From positions 101,618,001-101,682,000 of the forward strand of contig OZ024746.1 of the NCBI GenBank assembly GCA_964016885.1: a stretch of DNA of 64,000 nucleotides, in the 5' to 3' direction. Position numbers and translations under genes: made by a program. Of this stretch, positions 40,861 through 52,959 are shown in pieces (within the stretch, counting starts at the first letter, position 1; each line of letters begins with the position of its first letter). The notes below the pieces were generated by a model. The model searched no databases, was not told the DNA's origin, and saw only the letters and a program-made list of their open reading frames with translations. The stretch comes from Eledone cirrhosa (Eukaryota).

Positions 40861-41058
40861 GTTATCGATCTCCGTCGTGCCCTTATATGTTTGTATGCCC
40901 GACTGTCTGGATAATGACATTATGACCAACACGACATTGCTGACGTATTATCTTCGCCACATTCACACACACGCACACACACACACACACACATATATAT
41001 ACATATATATACACACATATACATACACATATATACATATACACACATATATACATAC

Positions 41059-41098
<40 letters not shown>

Positions 41099-41389
41099 AA
41101 CACATGTATATATATACACATATAAATATACACATAAAAATATATCTATCTATCTATCTAGGGCGGGTAAAATTCCTGAGATCCATGGACGAGTTCTCTC
41201 CAGCATGGGTTTTGTCCGTATTAAAAAGGTTATAACAAGAAGATAGAAATATAAAAAAAATTCAAAAGTTCCGCAATAAGGGGGAAACTTCCGAGTATCA
41301 CTGGTGCCGAAAACCACACAAAAGACCACAGCCACCCTGACCAACAGGGAAAGCGCCCTCTCTGTTTTATACTCCTCAGTCTACAGGCA

Positions 41390-41940
41390 TAATCAGAGCG
41401 GCCCGGTCAAGTGCCGGAAATGTCCAGATGCTCAGCACCGCTCTCAAGGAATATGAAGCAGTGACAAGAGCAAAGTTAAACCAGGAAAAGTCAGTGGGCT
41501 TGCAGCTCGGCACCTGGAGAGGCAAGTCCATTCTGTCAGACAGCGTCGTGGAGTGCTGGACGGAAGGACCGGTTAAATTGCTCGCGGTCTGGTTCAGTCC
41601 AGACCTCCAGATGGAGAAAAACTGGAGCGAGGTGACGAACAGGGTGGCCTCTCTCACCCAAAACTGGGCCGAGAGGAAGCTGTCCCTGAAAGGTCGGGCA
41701 GAGGTGGCGAATGCATTCATCGCATCCGTCACCTGCTACCACCTAACCGTTGTGCCTTGCCCCGGCCCAATTCTGACAAAAATGGAGCGCCTCCTCTTCC
41801 GCTTTTTATGGAAGGGACGTGCTCCCATGGTCAGACGATCCTTCTACTGTCAACACCCGTTGCGTGGAGGGCTGGGCATTCCGTGGCTGATGATGCGCAA
41901 ACACGCGCTGAAGCTGCGACATCTCTGCTGCTTCCTTGGC
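41390..41940 (+). mobile_element. Tx1/L1 ORF2 fragment (RT C-terminal part)
   Basis: YEAVTRAKLNQEKS...[16 protein letters not shown]...[12 protein letters not shown]...[14 protein letters not shown], same family as 16567-17526. Confidence 0.9.
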
Positions 41941-42022
41941 AGTGCAAAAATGAGGACACACACACACACACAATTTCACTTTTATATGTATGTATAGATA
42001 TACATACATATACAAACACCTA

Positions 42023-42078
<56 letters not shown>

Positions 42079-42106
42079 TATATATAAATATACACATAAA
42101 AATATA

Positions 42107-42342
42107 TCTATCTATCTATCTAGGGCGGGTAAAATTCCCGAGATCCATGGACGAGTTTTCTCCAGCGGTCTCTGTCCCTCATTATCGCTGCCATGTCCTG
42201 CGTCTCCAACAGACCAGTGTCTGTCCTTAGGGCATTGACATATGTTAACTTCGGTCTTCCTCTTCCAGTGTGTCCATGCAGGGGCTCCCACAGGAGCACT
42301 GAGTGCAGTGTCAACTCTGGATATCGGTGAGCATGTCCAGTT
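42107..42342 (-). mobile_element. RTE/RTEX-like LINE 3' end with (TAGA)n tail; a shorter copy lies at 41146-41206
   Basis: [29 protein letters not shown]...[11 protein letters not shown], then TAGATAGA. Confidence 0.8.
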
Positions 42343-42344
42343 CG

Positions 42345-42438
42345 TGAGATTTTAACAGGCACTCACAAATAAACATTTCTCATTGAAGGCGATATTACCA
42401 ATGTTCTTACCCATGCAATGCCGAGTTACACTGCTAGT
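42345..42438 (+). mobile_element. Helitron 3' terminus
   Basis: Degenerate subterminal hairpin ACCCATGCAATGCCGAGT followed by ...TGCTAG|T. Confidence 0.55.
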
Positions 42439-42451
42439 ATATATATATATA

Positions 42452-42617
42452 CCATACTCCGGCATCAAAGACGCTACTTTTTTCCTAAAATAAGTCTAAA
42501 AAATCTACCATGCGTCCTGGAGGCCGAAGGTTGTTTATTATTTTTTTTCAAATTTTTGGTTGTCAAAATTAGGGTGGGTCCTCGAGGACAAAGCGTGTTT
42601 GGTGCCAGGAAATACAG
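42452..42617. mobile_element. pogo/Tigger-like MITE
   Basis: Imperfect TIRs (CCATACTCCGGCATCAAAGACGC / GCGTGTTTGGTGCCAGGAAATACAG) flanked by TA on both sides. Confidence 0.6.
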
Positions 42618-42619
42618 TA

Positions 42620-43510
42620 CATATTGATGTCTGTATCGGTGTCACGACACTCGACACTTTTCTCTCCTTCCTCTGCTCCTTTCGTCCCTCCCTCCACTTC
42701 ACCACCTCTTCTGTCCACTTCTTAGACATTTCCATCGCCATCAACCCTTCCCACTGCTCACTCGTCACCTCTACCTTCTTTAAACCCACTGACTCCCACT
42801 CTTACCTCAACTTTACCTCCTCCCACCACACTCACACCAAACATTCCATTCCATATTCCCAACTTCTCTGAATCTGTCACCATTGCAGCTGAAATGACTT
42901 TGAAACCCAGGCCCTTTATCTAGTCTGTCACTTTACTCGGAGAAGTTACCCCGCTACTCGCTTGTCCATGCTGACCTCAGCCGCGCCACTGGCCTCACGC
43001 CCTCACCTACCATATCACCATCCTACCCCTCCAACGGACCATCCTTCAACTCTTCCTCCAGTCAGATCCCTTCACCTCCCCCGTCTTTCCACTCCCACCC
43101 CTACTCTCCTTCAAGTGTGCACACAACCTCTACAATCTCTTCATCTGCAGCTCCCTACCCCCCACCACCAATTCCTCCCCCAGATCCCCTCTCGACTTCA
43201 TTGCCACACCTGCCCTCACAACACCAACACCCCACTACCTTCCAGGGGTCCAACAGCCACTTCATCCTTGTCTGGCACCACCTCCAGCCTTGTCTATGGA
43301 CTCCGCTGCATGGATTGACCTATACCGGACAGACAGGAGAGTGGTTGGCTGACCAGTTCACTGAACACCTCCACAACATCTATCTCAGCTCCAAACTAAC
43401 ACAACAGTTCCTGTTCTCCGGATGAAGGACTTATGTCCAAAACATTGAAACCTCCTCCACTTCCAAGCGTGAACCTAATATAACTTATTTGTTCATTTAT
43501 TTTCAACTAA
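42620..43510 (+). mobile_element. Penelope-like element remnant (RT thumb plus GIY-YIG)
   Basis: FLDISI...TSTFFKPTDSHSYLNFTSSH...KHSIPYSQLL, LVYGLRC and YTGQTG..LADQFTEHL. Ends with a decayed hammerhead CGGATGA-AGGAC..GTCC-AAAAC at about 43419-43443. Confidence 0.85.
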
Positions 43511-43518
43511 TATATATA

Positions 43519-46500
43519 TCATCATCATCATTTTACGTCCGCTTTTCGCTGCTTGCAAGGGTGGGACGGATCCTATTCTCTCCGCTTGTCAAGGTCCTTC
43601 GTCATCTCCTCCATGAGCTTCAGCAATCTGAGGTCTGCTCTCACCATCTCTGCCCATGTTTTTCATGGTCTTCCTCTACTGCGTCTTCCTTCTACTGGGA
43701 TTTCTTGGCACTTCTTTACCCAGCAGTCATCCTCCATGCGCATCACATGTCCATACCAACACAGTCTTCTTTCCTGCACACTACAGCTTATCCCTCTTAT
43801 ACACAGTTTCTCTCTCAACCCGTCTATGCGTGGTTGTTCACATTGACATTGCACATCCAACGGAGCATACTTGTTTCATTTCTCTCCAGCCATTGCATAT
43901 CCTCTGCAGTTGCTGCCCAAGTCTCACTACCATGCAGCATTTCGCTCCTCACACAGGCATCATATAACCGTCCTTTCATACGCAGGGAGAAACCCTTCTT
44001 TGTCAATGGAGGAAGAGCTCCCTAAACTTCTTCCGACCCGTCCTTATTCTAGATGCTATGGCCTCGGAACACCCACCCACCCCCACCTCACCCCCGCCTC
44101 CCATGCTAATCTGATCACCTAGGTACCGGAAGCTATCAACCAATTCTATAGCACCTACCTGCAGTTGAAAAATGTGTCTATCAATGCGACTTCTACTGTC
44201 AAATTTCCCTGTACATCTACTGCATATGTATTTCTCCCTACCTGTTAGTTTGCCTGTTATCCCACTACATCTCTTGTGCACCCAAGATCTGCACTGCGTA
44301 CATTTTATGGAATTCATGCCAGTTCCTTTCCTACATATCGAACATGGCCATTTCCCTGACAGAATCAGAGTTTTGTCCTCTTTTCTACTCATCAACACTT
44401 TTGTCTTAGCTAGGTTCACTCTCAGTCCTCTTGCTTCCAACTGCTGTTTCCATAGCCAGAATTTATTCTCTAGCTCCTATACTGATTCTGCTATAAGAAC
44501 CAGATCATCAGCATAGAGAAGTTCCCATGGGCAACCAGTTTTAAACGCCGCTGTTATGGCTTGGAGGACTATAAGGAACAAGAGCGGGATGAGGACCGAA
44601 CCATGATGTACTCCTACTTGTATCTGGAATTCCTCACTAAATTCTATTCCTATTCTCACTTTACTGGCAGCACCTCTGTACATATCTTGCACTGTCCTCA
44701 CAAGCCATTCCTCTACACCTAGTTTCCTTAGGGACCACCAGATGACAGATCGGGGTACCCTATCAAAGGCCTTCTCTAGGTCAAAAAGCTAAGTATAGTG
44801 GCTTATTCTTCTCTAAGAACCTCTCTTGTAGTTGTCTCACTAAGAAGAGGACATCTGTTGTACTTTTCCGAGGCACAAAACCAAACTGCATCTCATCTAA
44901 TTTGACCCTTTCTCTAATTAGTTGCGCTAATATTCTCTCTGCCACTTTCATAACCTGATCCATCAGCTTTATGCCCCTATAATTGCACCTCTCCAGAGCA
45001 TCCCCTTTACCTTTGTAGCAATTTATGAGAATACTGCTGCACCAGTCTTTGGGTATGACACCACCATATATAGCTTGATTAATGATGCGTGCAACTAGTT
45101 TAGTGCCTACTTCACCTGAAGCCTTCAGCATCTCAGCAACTATCCCCGCACGCCTCTGATCTTCCCACCGCAGAACATTGGCAAACCTCCTACTTTCAGC
45201 CTCCCTGCGTACTAAGTACACCTGACGTCTAGCTTCTCTCTTAGTGGCTGTATATCCTTCTCTACTCCCACCATTTTTCCAAGCCTTCCATGCCAGTCTA
45301 TTGTCTCTAATGGCCTTATCTACCATGCTGTTCCACCACCAGGTCCTCTTTGTCTTGTTGAAGCTCTGCCCCAAACACAAGTTTCATCAGTAGCCTGCAG
45401 TAAGTTGTCACATAAGAAATTCCAGTTATCATCTATGTCATACGACTCTAAATCGTCTTCTTTTTCGTCATACACATCTTGAAGGGCTTTGCTAAATTTA
45501 TATTTTAATGAAAGGTCTTTTAGCTTCCAGACCTTTCTTCTCCACACCTTCCTGTATGTCTCATTCTTTCTCTTGCTTACTGAGATGTCACTAATGACTA
45601 ACCTATTCTGTGGGGCATTCTTCCCCAGGGTATGCCTTAGTATTGGACACCATCTGTCTGTCTCGCTGTCTAACTAGCAGGAAGTCATTCTGGCTTGTGT
45701 GCTCGCCTGATTTGTAGGTTATTAGGTGATTGGCAGGTTTCTGGAAGTGTGTGTTGCAAATGGTTAGTGCATTTGTATCACAAAATTCAAGAAGCCTCAC
45801 TCCTTCATTTCTTGAGCCGTAGCCATGCCCACCATGTACCCCAGTGTATCCATCCTGGAGCTGTTCAACATGTCAATTGAAGACCCCTGCTAGCATAACA
45901 ATGTCTCTGTCCTCTGTCATTGAGGCTGTTTGTAAAAGTTGCTTGTAAAAGCAGTCTTTGTCTTCTTTAACTAGGCCTGCCTGGTATCAGTAGTCTCTTG
46001 CCTACAACTAATCTAAGCTTAATTATTTTATTACTAACTCTAACTACCTCTATTGTCTTATTGATCCATCTCTCAGCCAGTAATATGCCCAACCCACCTA
46101 ACCCATCATCATTACCCACCCAGAAAAGCTTAAAATTAAGATGTTTGCCTGCAATTAGTCTTGCAGAGGCACCTCTCCATCTCACCTCTTGCATACAGCA
46201 CACATCCACATGCCTTCTCTCCAGCATCTCCGCTATCTCACCAGATCTAACTGTTAGAGTGCCAACATTAAGTGTGGCAACTCTGAGATGCGACGTCTCG
46301 TTCTTTTTTCCTGTTGTGCGATTGCTTGATGACAGTCATGGGGTTCTCTCGCACATGGCCTCACTAGCCACCCCACTACTGTGCACAGCCCTAATATGGT
46401 TAGTGTTATTGCTGTTTACGCAGTTGTTGCAAATTTCATTTGTTGCACTCATAGTTTTTGGCAGTAGTATATATACTGGTTAGATGCCCTTCCTGACACC

Positions 46501-46945
46501 AGCACCACTTTACAGCATGGACTGGGTGCTTTTATTCGTGCCACCAGCACTAGAGAAGTAGTCTTACTGGACTCAGGGGCCCTCTTTACTCCTCCATTTT
46601 ACAGCATGGATTAGGTGCTTTTATTTGTGCACCAGCACTAGAGAGGTCGTCTTACTGGACTCAGGGGCCCTATCCACCCCTCCATTTTACAGCATCGACT
46701 GGGTGCTTTAATTCGTGCCACGAGCACTAGAGAGGTCATCTTACTGAACTCAGGGGCCCTATCCACCCCTCGATTTTACAGAATGGACCAGGTGCTTTTA
46801 TTCATGCCACCAGCACTAGGGAAGTTGCCTTACTGGACTTAGGGGACTTCTCTACCCCGCACCAATTTATTTGGAGTGGTAGCTCTCCTAGACAGGTTGC
46901 CTACACTACAGCTTACGGAGCCTCCGTCCGCCCCTTGTCTGCTCG
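43519..46945 (-). mobile_element. Near full-length RTE-clade LINE (APE + RT), disrupted
   Basis: VDVCCMQEVRW (APE), NTHFQK, CYKGKGDALERCNYRGIKL, LDEMQFGF, ELLYADDL, FRYLG and LHGSETW; (GAT)n tail at 43519 and tandem repeats in the 5' UTR. Contains stops, frameshifts and deletions. Confidence 0.95.
46505..46850. repeat. About 88-bp tandem repeat x4 in the RTE 5' UTR
   Basis: TTTACAG..TGGA...GGTGCTTTTATT.GTGCCACCAGCACTAG...CTTACTGGACTCAGGGG repeated. Confidence 0.85.
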
Positions 46946-47194
46946 ATAATATATTCACAAGGGGGTGATTATCATACAGCGTCGGGCATGTATACCGAAC
47001 ATGGTGGAGGTGCGGTGAGTGGGAGGGAAATGAGAAGGAAATATGGCTATACGCACAATATATATCAACATTCACATCACATATACACATATATATACAT
47101 ACATCTATATATATATGTATATACATATATACACACACGCACATATATATATATACAAATCTCATGCGAACCGAAAAGTTTGGAGATATGAATA

Positions 47195-47375
47195 ATAATT
47201 GTTTCTACTTTTGGCACAAGGCCAGAAATTACCCAGTACATTACTGGTACTTTATTTTACCGACCCCCGTAAGGATGAAAGGCAAAGTTAACCTTAGAGG
47301 GATTTGAACACAGATCATAAAGGGTCGTAACTATGCTGGGAAGCATGTCCGACCCTCTACCAATACTGCCAATTC
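47195..47375 (-). mobile_element. SINE family 2
   Basis: Reverse complement matches 38021-38242 and 59652-59832. Confidence 0.78.
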
Positions 47376-47464
47376 ACCTTAATAAACTTAAATTTATCTT
47401 AACGGATTTTCCCTATATGTCGCATATTCAACAAACATGACTTCCTGCGTATGTATATATATAT

Positions 47465-47905
47465 CATCATCATCACTATTTTACATCCATTCTTCCACGC
47501 TAGCATGGGTTAGACAGGTTGTCCTGTTGTGGCCAATGCCAGGTCATGTGATCATGTCTTGCTCATACAGAACTGATTTTGGCTTGAATTCTACAGTTGG
47601 ATGCCGTTCCTAACACCAACTTCATTTACAGTGAGTACTGGGTGCTTTTTTACTGTGGCGCCTCCACGTCCACTTTACAGTGTGGGTTGGGTGCATTTTT
47701 GCCATGGCACCTCCACGACCACTTTGCAGTGGAATGATATGGACCCCAGTCCCTATCATCTCATTTCTACAGCTGAGTAAACTGGAGCAATGTGAAATAA
47801 AGTGTCTTGCTCAAGGAAACAACACATCACCCGGTCCGAGAATTGAACTCACAACTTTTCAATTGCAAGGTCAATGCTCTAACGACTAAGCCATGTCCAT
47901 CCATA
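47465..47905 (-). mobile_element. SINE family 1 (longer variant with RTE-type tail)
   Basis: Head GGACATGGCTTAGTCGTTAGAGC...GTTCAATTC on the minus strand; body shared with 24456-24791. Confidence 0.85.
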
Positions 47906-47925
47906 TATATGGATGGACATGGCTT

Positions 47926-49054
47926 CAGAATGAAAGGCAGACTGTATGATGCGTGTATCCGAACAGCGATGTTGCATGGTAGTGAGACCTGGGCGCTGAA
48001 GGTGGAAGACTTACGTAGATTAGAGAGAAACGAAGCCTGCATACTCCGATGGATGTGTAACAGTAATATACGTGAACGACAAAGCATAAATGAATTGAGA
48101 GAGAGACTGAGCATAAGAGGAATCAAATGCTGCGTGCAGGAGAGGCGGTTACGCTGGTATGGACATGTGATGCGTATGAAGGATGACAGCTGCATAAAAA
48201 GGTGCAGAGCACTAGAAGTTGATGGAAACCGTGGAGTGGGGAGACCCAAGATGACTTGGGATGAGGTGATAAAAGCCGACCTTACCCAACTACACCTCTC
48301 AAAGTCAATGACACACGACCGTGACTTCTGGCGTCACGCAGTAATACAGGGTACCCGACCTCCCATGGGTACATGCTGAAGCATATAAACAATATGCCCC
48401 CCCCCCCCCACCGCAAGGTGGTCGTGGAGGTGCCACGGCAAAAAAGCACCCAGCCCACACTGTAAAGTGGACGTGTAGGCGCCACGAAAAAGCACCCAGC
48501 ACTCACTGTAAATGAGGTTGGTGTTAGGAAGGGCATCCAGCTGTAGAAATCAAGCCAGATCAGTTCCTGTATGAGCAAGGCATGGTCAGCCGACCAGACA
48601 CTGCCCACAACAGGACAACCCGTCTAACCCATGCTAGCGTGGAAGAACGGACGTAAAACGGTGATGATGATGATGATGATGATATATATATATATATATA
48701 TCTGGCGTCACGCAGTAATACAGGGTACCCGACCTCCCATGGGTACAAGCTGAAGCATATAAACAATATGCCCCCACTCCCCCCACCGCAAGGTGGTCGT
48801 GGAGGTGCCACGGCAAAAAAGCACCCAGCCCACACTGTAAAGTGGACGTGTAGGCGCCACGAAAAAGCACCCAGCACTCACTGTAAATGAGGTTGGTGTT
48901 AGGAAGGCCATCCAGCTGTAGAAATCAAGCCAGATCAGTTCCGGTATGAGCAAGGCATGGTCAGCCGACCAGACACTGCCCACAACAGGACAACCCGTCT
49001 AACCCATGCTAGCGTGGAAGAACGGACGTAAAACGGTGATGATGATGATGATGA

Positions 49055-49057
<3 letters not shown>
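47926..49057 (+). mobile_element. RTE (family B) 3' fragment with a tandem duplication of its last ~355 bp
   Basis: MKGRLYDACIRTAMLHGSETW...GRPKMTWDEVIKAD. 48327-48682 is repeated at 48701-49057, each ending in (GAT)n. Confidence 0.9.
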
Positions 49058-49115
<58 letters not shown>

Positions 49116-49238
49116 ATATATATATTATATTATATATATATATATATATATCATATATATATATATATATATATATATTAATATATATATATTATATATA
49201 TATATATATATTATATATATATATATTATATATATATA

Positions 49239-49487
<249 letters not shown>

Positions 49488-49517
49488 TATATATATATAT
49501 ATATTTATATATATATG

Positions 49518-49549
<32 letters not shown>

Positions 49550-49559
49550 TATATATATA

Positions 49560-50175
49560 GTATAAAAGGGAAAACACAGGTAAGCATTAAGAGAAGGATT
49601 TTATCCAGGTATTTACAACCGTTTCATTGGTAAGTGCAACCTTATATTGCTATACTGCAAATAACAGCCACTCAATTATAATTGTTGTTCACGTCCAAAT
49701 TTTCAAAATAGTGAGTAAGATACTCTTGAAATAGTTCTTAATATATAGAGAAAAACATTTTTGGGGAATTGTATTTACTACTATAGAGAGGAAGGGGGAG
49801 AAGAGTTAGGAAGTAGAGTGACAAACTGAGATGGAGGGAGGGGTAGAGGTGGAAGGATTCCTTGATCAGTTTTGATATGTAGACTTCATGTTGTGAAATG
49901 TAGTGAGTTAAAGAGAATTAAATTGATCATAGTGGGAGGGATGGATAGAGAGGGGGGGGGGGTATAAAGAGATAAATATATATATAAAAAATAAAGATAA
50001 AGATAATAATGTCAAAAATAAAAGCAAAGAAGGGGGAGAAAGAAAAGATAGCCAAAAAGGGGAGGGAAGGAAGGAAGAAAACGAAGAAATAGAAGAGGAA
50101 TGAAGGAGAAGGGAGAGATATAGGTATTGGTTTTTGTGGGTAATTAAAAGGGTTTAGATACAATAAGAGGGTATA
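49560..50175 (-). mobile_element. PLE 3' UTR, an inverted copy of 51070-51750
   Basis: Near-identical reverse complement; the same MYLNPFNYPQKP pseudo-ORF appears in both. Confidence 0.85.
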
Positions 50176-50817
50176 AACGAACTAAGGGAAAAATTAGAAA
50201 TAAGAGGGATCAGATGTTGTTTACTCGAGAGAAAGCTACGTTGGTATGGTCACGTGATGCGCATGAAAGATGACAGCTGTATAAAAAAGTGCAGGGCAAT
50301 AAAGATATACGGTAGCCACGGAGTAGGCAGACCTAGAAAAACCTGGGACGACCTGATAAATTCCGACCTCACACACTTACACCTCTCCAAGACAATGTCA
50401 CTGGACCAAGATCTTTGGCGGTACTCAGTAATAGAGAAGACCCGCCTTACCTAAATACAAAGTAAAACCTACTACAGTCAGTAGGCATCTCTAACAAAAT
50501 ACACCCCCGTCCCACCACCCCCACCCCATCCACACCGCCCCTTTCAATGTAAAGTTATGTTGGTGCCACAACATCCAGGCCGAAACAAATGAGATTGTGT
50601 ACGCTGTAATGTGGCCATGTAGGCAACACGGTAAAAACCTCCCAGTCCCACACTGTAAATGTGGTTGGTGTTAGGAAGGGCATCCAGCTGTAGAAAACCC
50701 GCCAGACAGTCCTATGCGAGCAAGACAACCACTCTTGCCTCAAGTGGAAAACTCCCGTCCAAACCCATGCAAGCGTGGAACATGGACGTTAAACGATGAT
50801 GATGATGATGATGATGA
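50176..50817 (+). mobile_element. RTE (family B) 3' end
   Basis: LRWYGHVMRMKDD...GRPRKTW; UTR nearly identical to 60690-61085, with (GAT)n tail. Confidence 0.9.
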
Positions 50818-51870
50818 AAGTCTAAGTATATGCAGTTTGTCAGTTGGTAGTAAGAGCGCCCCCATATCGAAGTGGTATGAGAAGCTGTCGATTATGTGAC
50901 CTTGAGCTGTTCCACATTTTGAGTTCGAAGAATAAGTTACTCAACAATAAAATCGAAAGATCAATTTATTGTAACCATAGACTCAAAGAAAAGTTTTTGC
51001 ACTACAAGTGAAAATCGAACCCTTAACCTCTTACTACCAACTGACAAACTGCATATACTTAGACTTTATACACTCTTATTGTATCTAAACCCTTTTAATT
51101 ACCCACAAAAACCAATACCTATATCCCTTCTCCTTCATTCCTCTTCTATTTCTTCGTTTTCTTCCTTCCTTCCCTCCCCTTTTTGGCTATCTTTTCTTTT
51201 CTTCTTTCTCTCCCCTTCTTTGCTTTTATTTTTGTCATTATTATCTTTATCTTTATTTTTTATATATATATTTATCTCTTTATATCCCCCCCCTCTCTCT
51301 CTCTCTATCCATCCCTCCCACTATGATCAATTAAATTCTCTTTAACTCACTACATTCCACGACATGAAGTCTACATATCAAAACTGATCAAGGAATCCTT
51401 CCACCTCTACCCCTCCCTCCATCTCAGTTTGTCACTCTACTTCCTAACTCTTCTCCCCCTTCCTCTCTCTCTATACTATTCCGTTTGTCCCCTCACCTTC
51501 TAATTCCTCTTCCTCTCTCTCTATAGTAGTAAATACAATTCCAAAAAAATGTTTTTCTCTATATATTAAGAACTATTTCAAGAGTAACTCACTCACTATT
51601 TTGAAAATTTGGACGTGAACAACAATTATAATTGAGTGGCTGCTATTTGCAGTATAGCAATATAAGGTTGCACTTACCAATGAAACGGTCGTAAATACCT
51701 GGATAAAATCCTTCTCTTAATGCTTACCTGTGTTTTCTCTTTTATACTTTATACTCCAAGATTGAACGGAATTCTTACAAACTTGTGGAGTTACTCCTAA
51801 CCGTATGTTGAAACCATCCATGAAACTGGCTTTCTTAACCGCGAACTGGATCACAATAAGCAATTTTCTG
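50818..51870 (+). mobile_element. Penelope-like element 3' end (GIY-YIG C-terminus plus UTR)
   Basis: APPYRSGMRSCRLCDLELFHIL...LLNNKIERSIYCNHRLK*, homologous to 57360-57530. A ~40-bp inverted duplication sits at its 5' junction (50818-50856 vs 51028-51067). Confidence 0.82.
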
Positions 51871-51926
51871 CTTCCCTAACTATATATATATGGTTGGTTC
51901 CACAACCGGACGGTTGTTCATATATT

Positions 51927-51969
51927 GTCAAAGTTCTTTCGTCACACATTCTGTGACCTCTTCAGTGAC
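51927..51969 (-). ncRNA. Minimal type I hammerhead ribozyme (extra nucleotide after A9)
   Basis: Minus strand GTCA-CTGAAGA-G-GTCACA(GAATG)TGTGAC-GAAA-GAAC-TT-TGAC. The 3' half of the same family is at about 15380-15405 (+). Confidence 0.7.
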
Positions 51970-52959
51970 TGGGGATTCTTTTCTTTGTTTTTGTGCCTCT
52001 CCTTTGTTCTGTCCTAAGCCATCTTGTTTTTGTGTGTGTTGTGTGCTTAGTTTGCGCATGTGTTACATATATAGCAATACATATATAACAATACATATAT
52101 AGCAATACATATATTAACAATACATACCCTTTTCAAAGACCTCCCTGTATAGATAAGAAATGCATAATCTGTAAACTAAGCCCCCATATTAACTGTAAAA
52201 CTAGAAATGTAGTATATAGCATAAGATGTACTGAAGGACAATGTAAAGATAAGAATATAGTATACATAGGTGAGACAGCAAGTTATTCTTCATATCCTAT
52301 TCATTGTTTTACAATCGTTTCAGAGCGTTGATCATATTGATATATTGACTGGTCTATAGCAGTTATAGAACTGTATACGATGAGGGTTCGATAATATCGT
52401 CTGAGGAGGAGAAGAAGAAGAATTTTGCCAGTAACTTTTGCACAGATTCAGCAGTAAGGACTATATTATCAACATACAGCCAGTCTTAAACTACTGATTA
52501 TGGCCTGAACAACAATGATGATAAAAACAGTGGAAAGAGGATTGATCTATGGTGGACAGCCACCTCCTTCATATTAATCACTGTACTCATTGCTCACTCT
52601 CACCTTGCTAGCTGCACCTCTATACATGGCTTGTATAATTCTCATAAGCTATTCCTCAACACCTAGCTTCCTTAAATACTTCTCCAGCAGTTGTCTCACA
52701 AAAAGAAGGCTATTGGTAGTACCCCTACCTGGCATAAAGTTAAACTGTATATTACTGAGTTTGATTCTGAGTCAGTTATTTAAAAGAATTACTGCCTTCC
52801 TACACAGGTTACAGAACCATAGATTGCTCATAATTTACATTATATATATATCATCATCATAATCATCATCATCATTTTATGCCTGCTTTTCCATGCTTGC
52901 AAGGGTGGGATGGGTCCTATTCAGCACAGCATCTCTCCATTCGTCATGGTCCTTCTAGG

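Noticed and set aside
46860-47050. HDV-like ribozyme at the RTE 5' end
   Set aside because: I could not assemble the nested double pseudoknot by eye.
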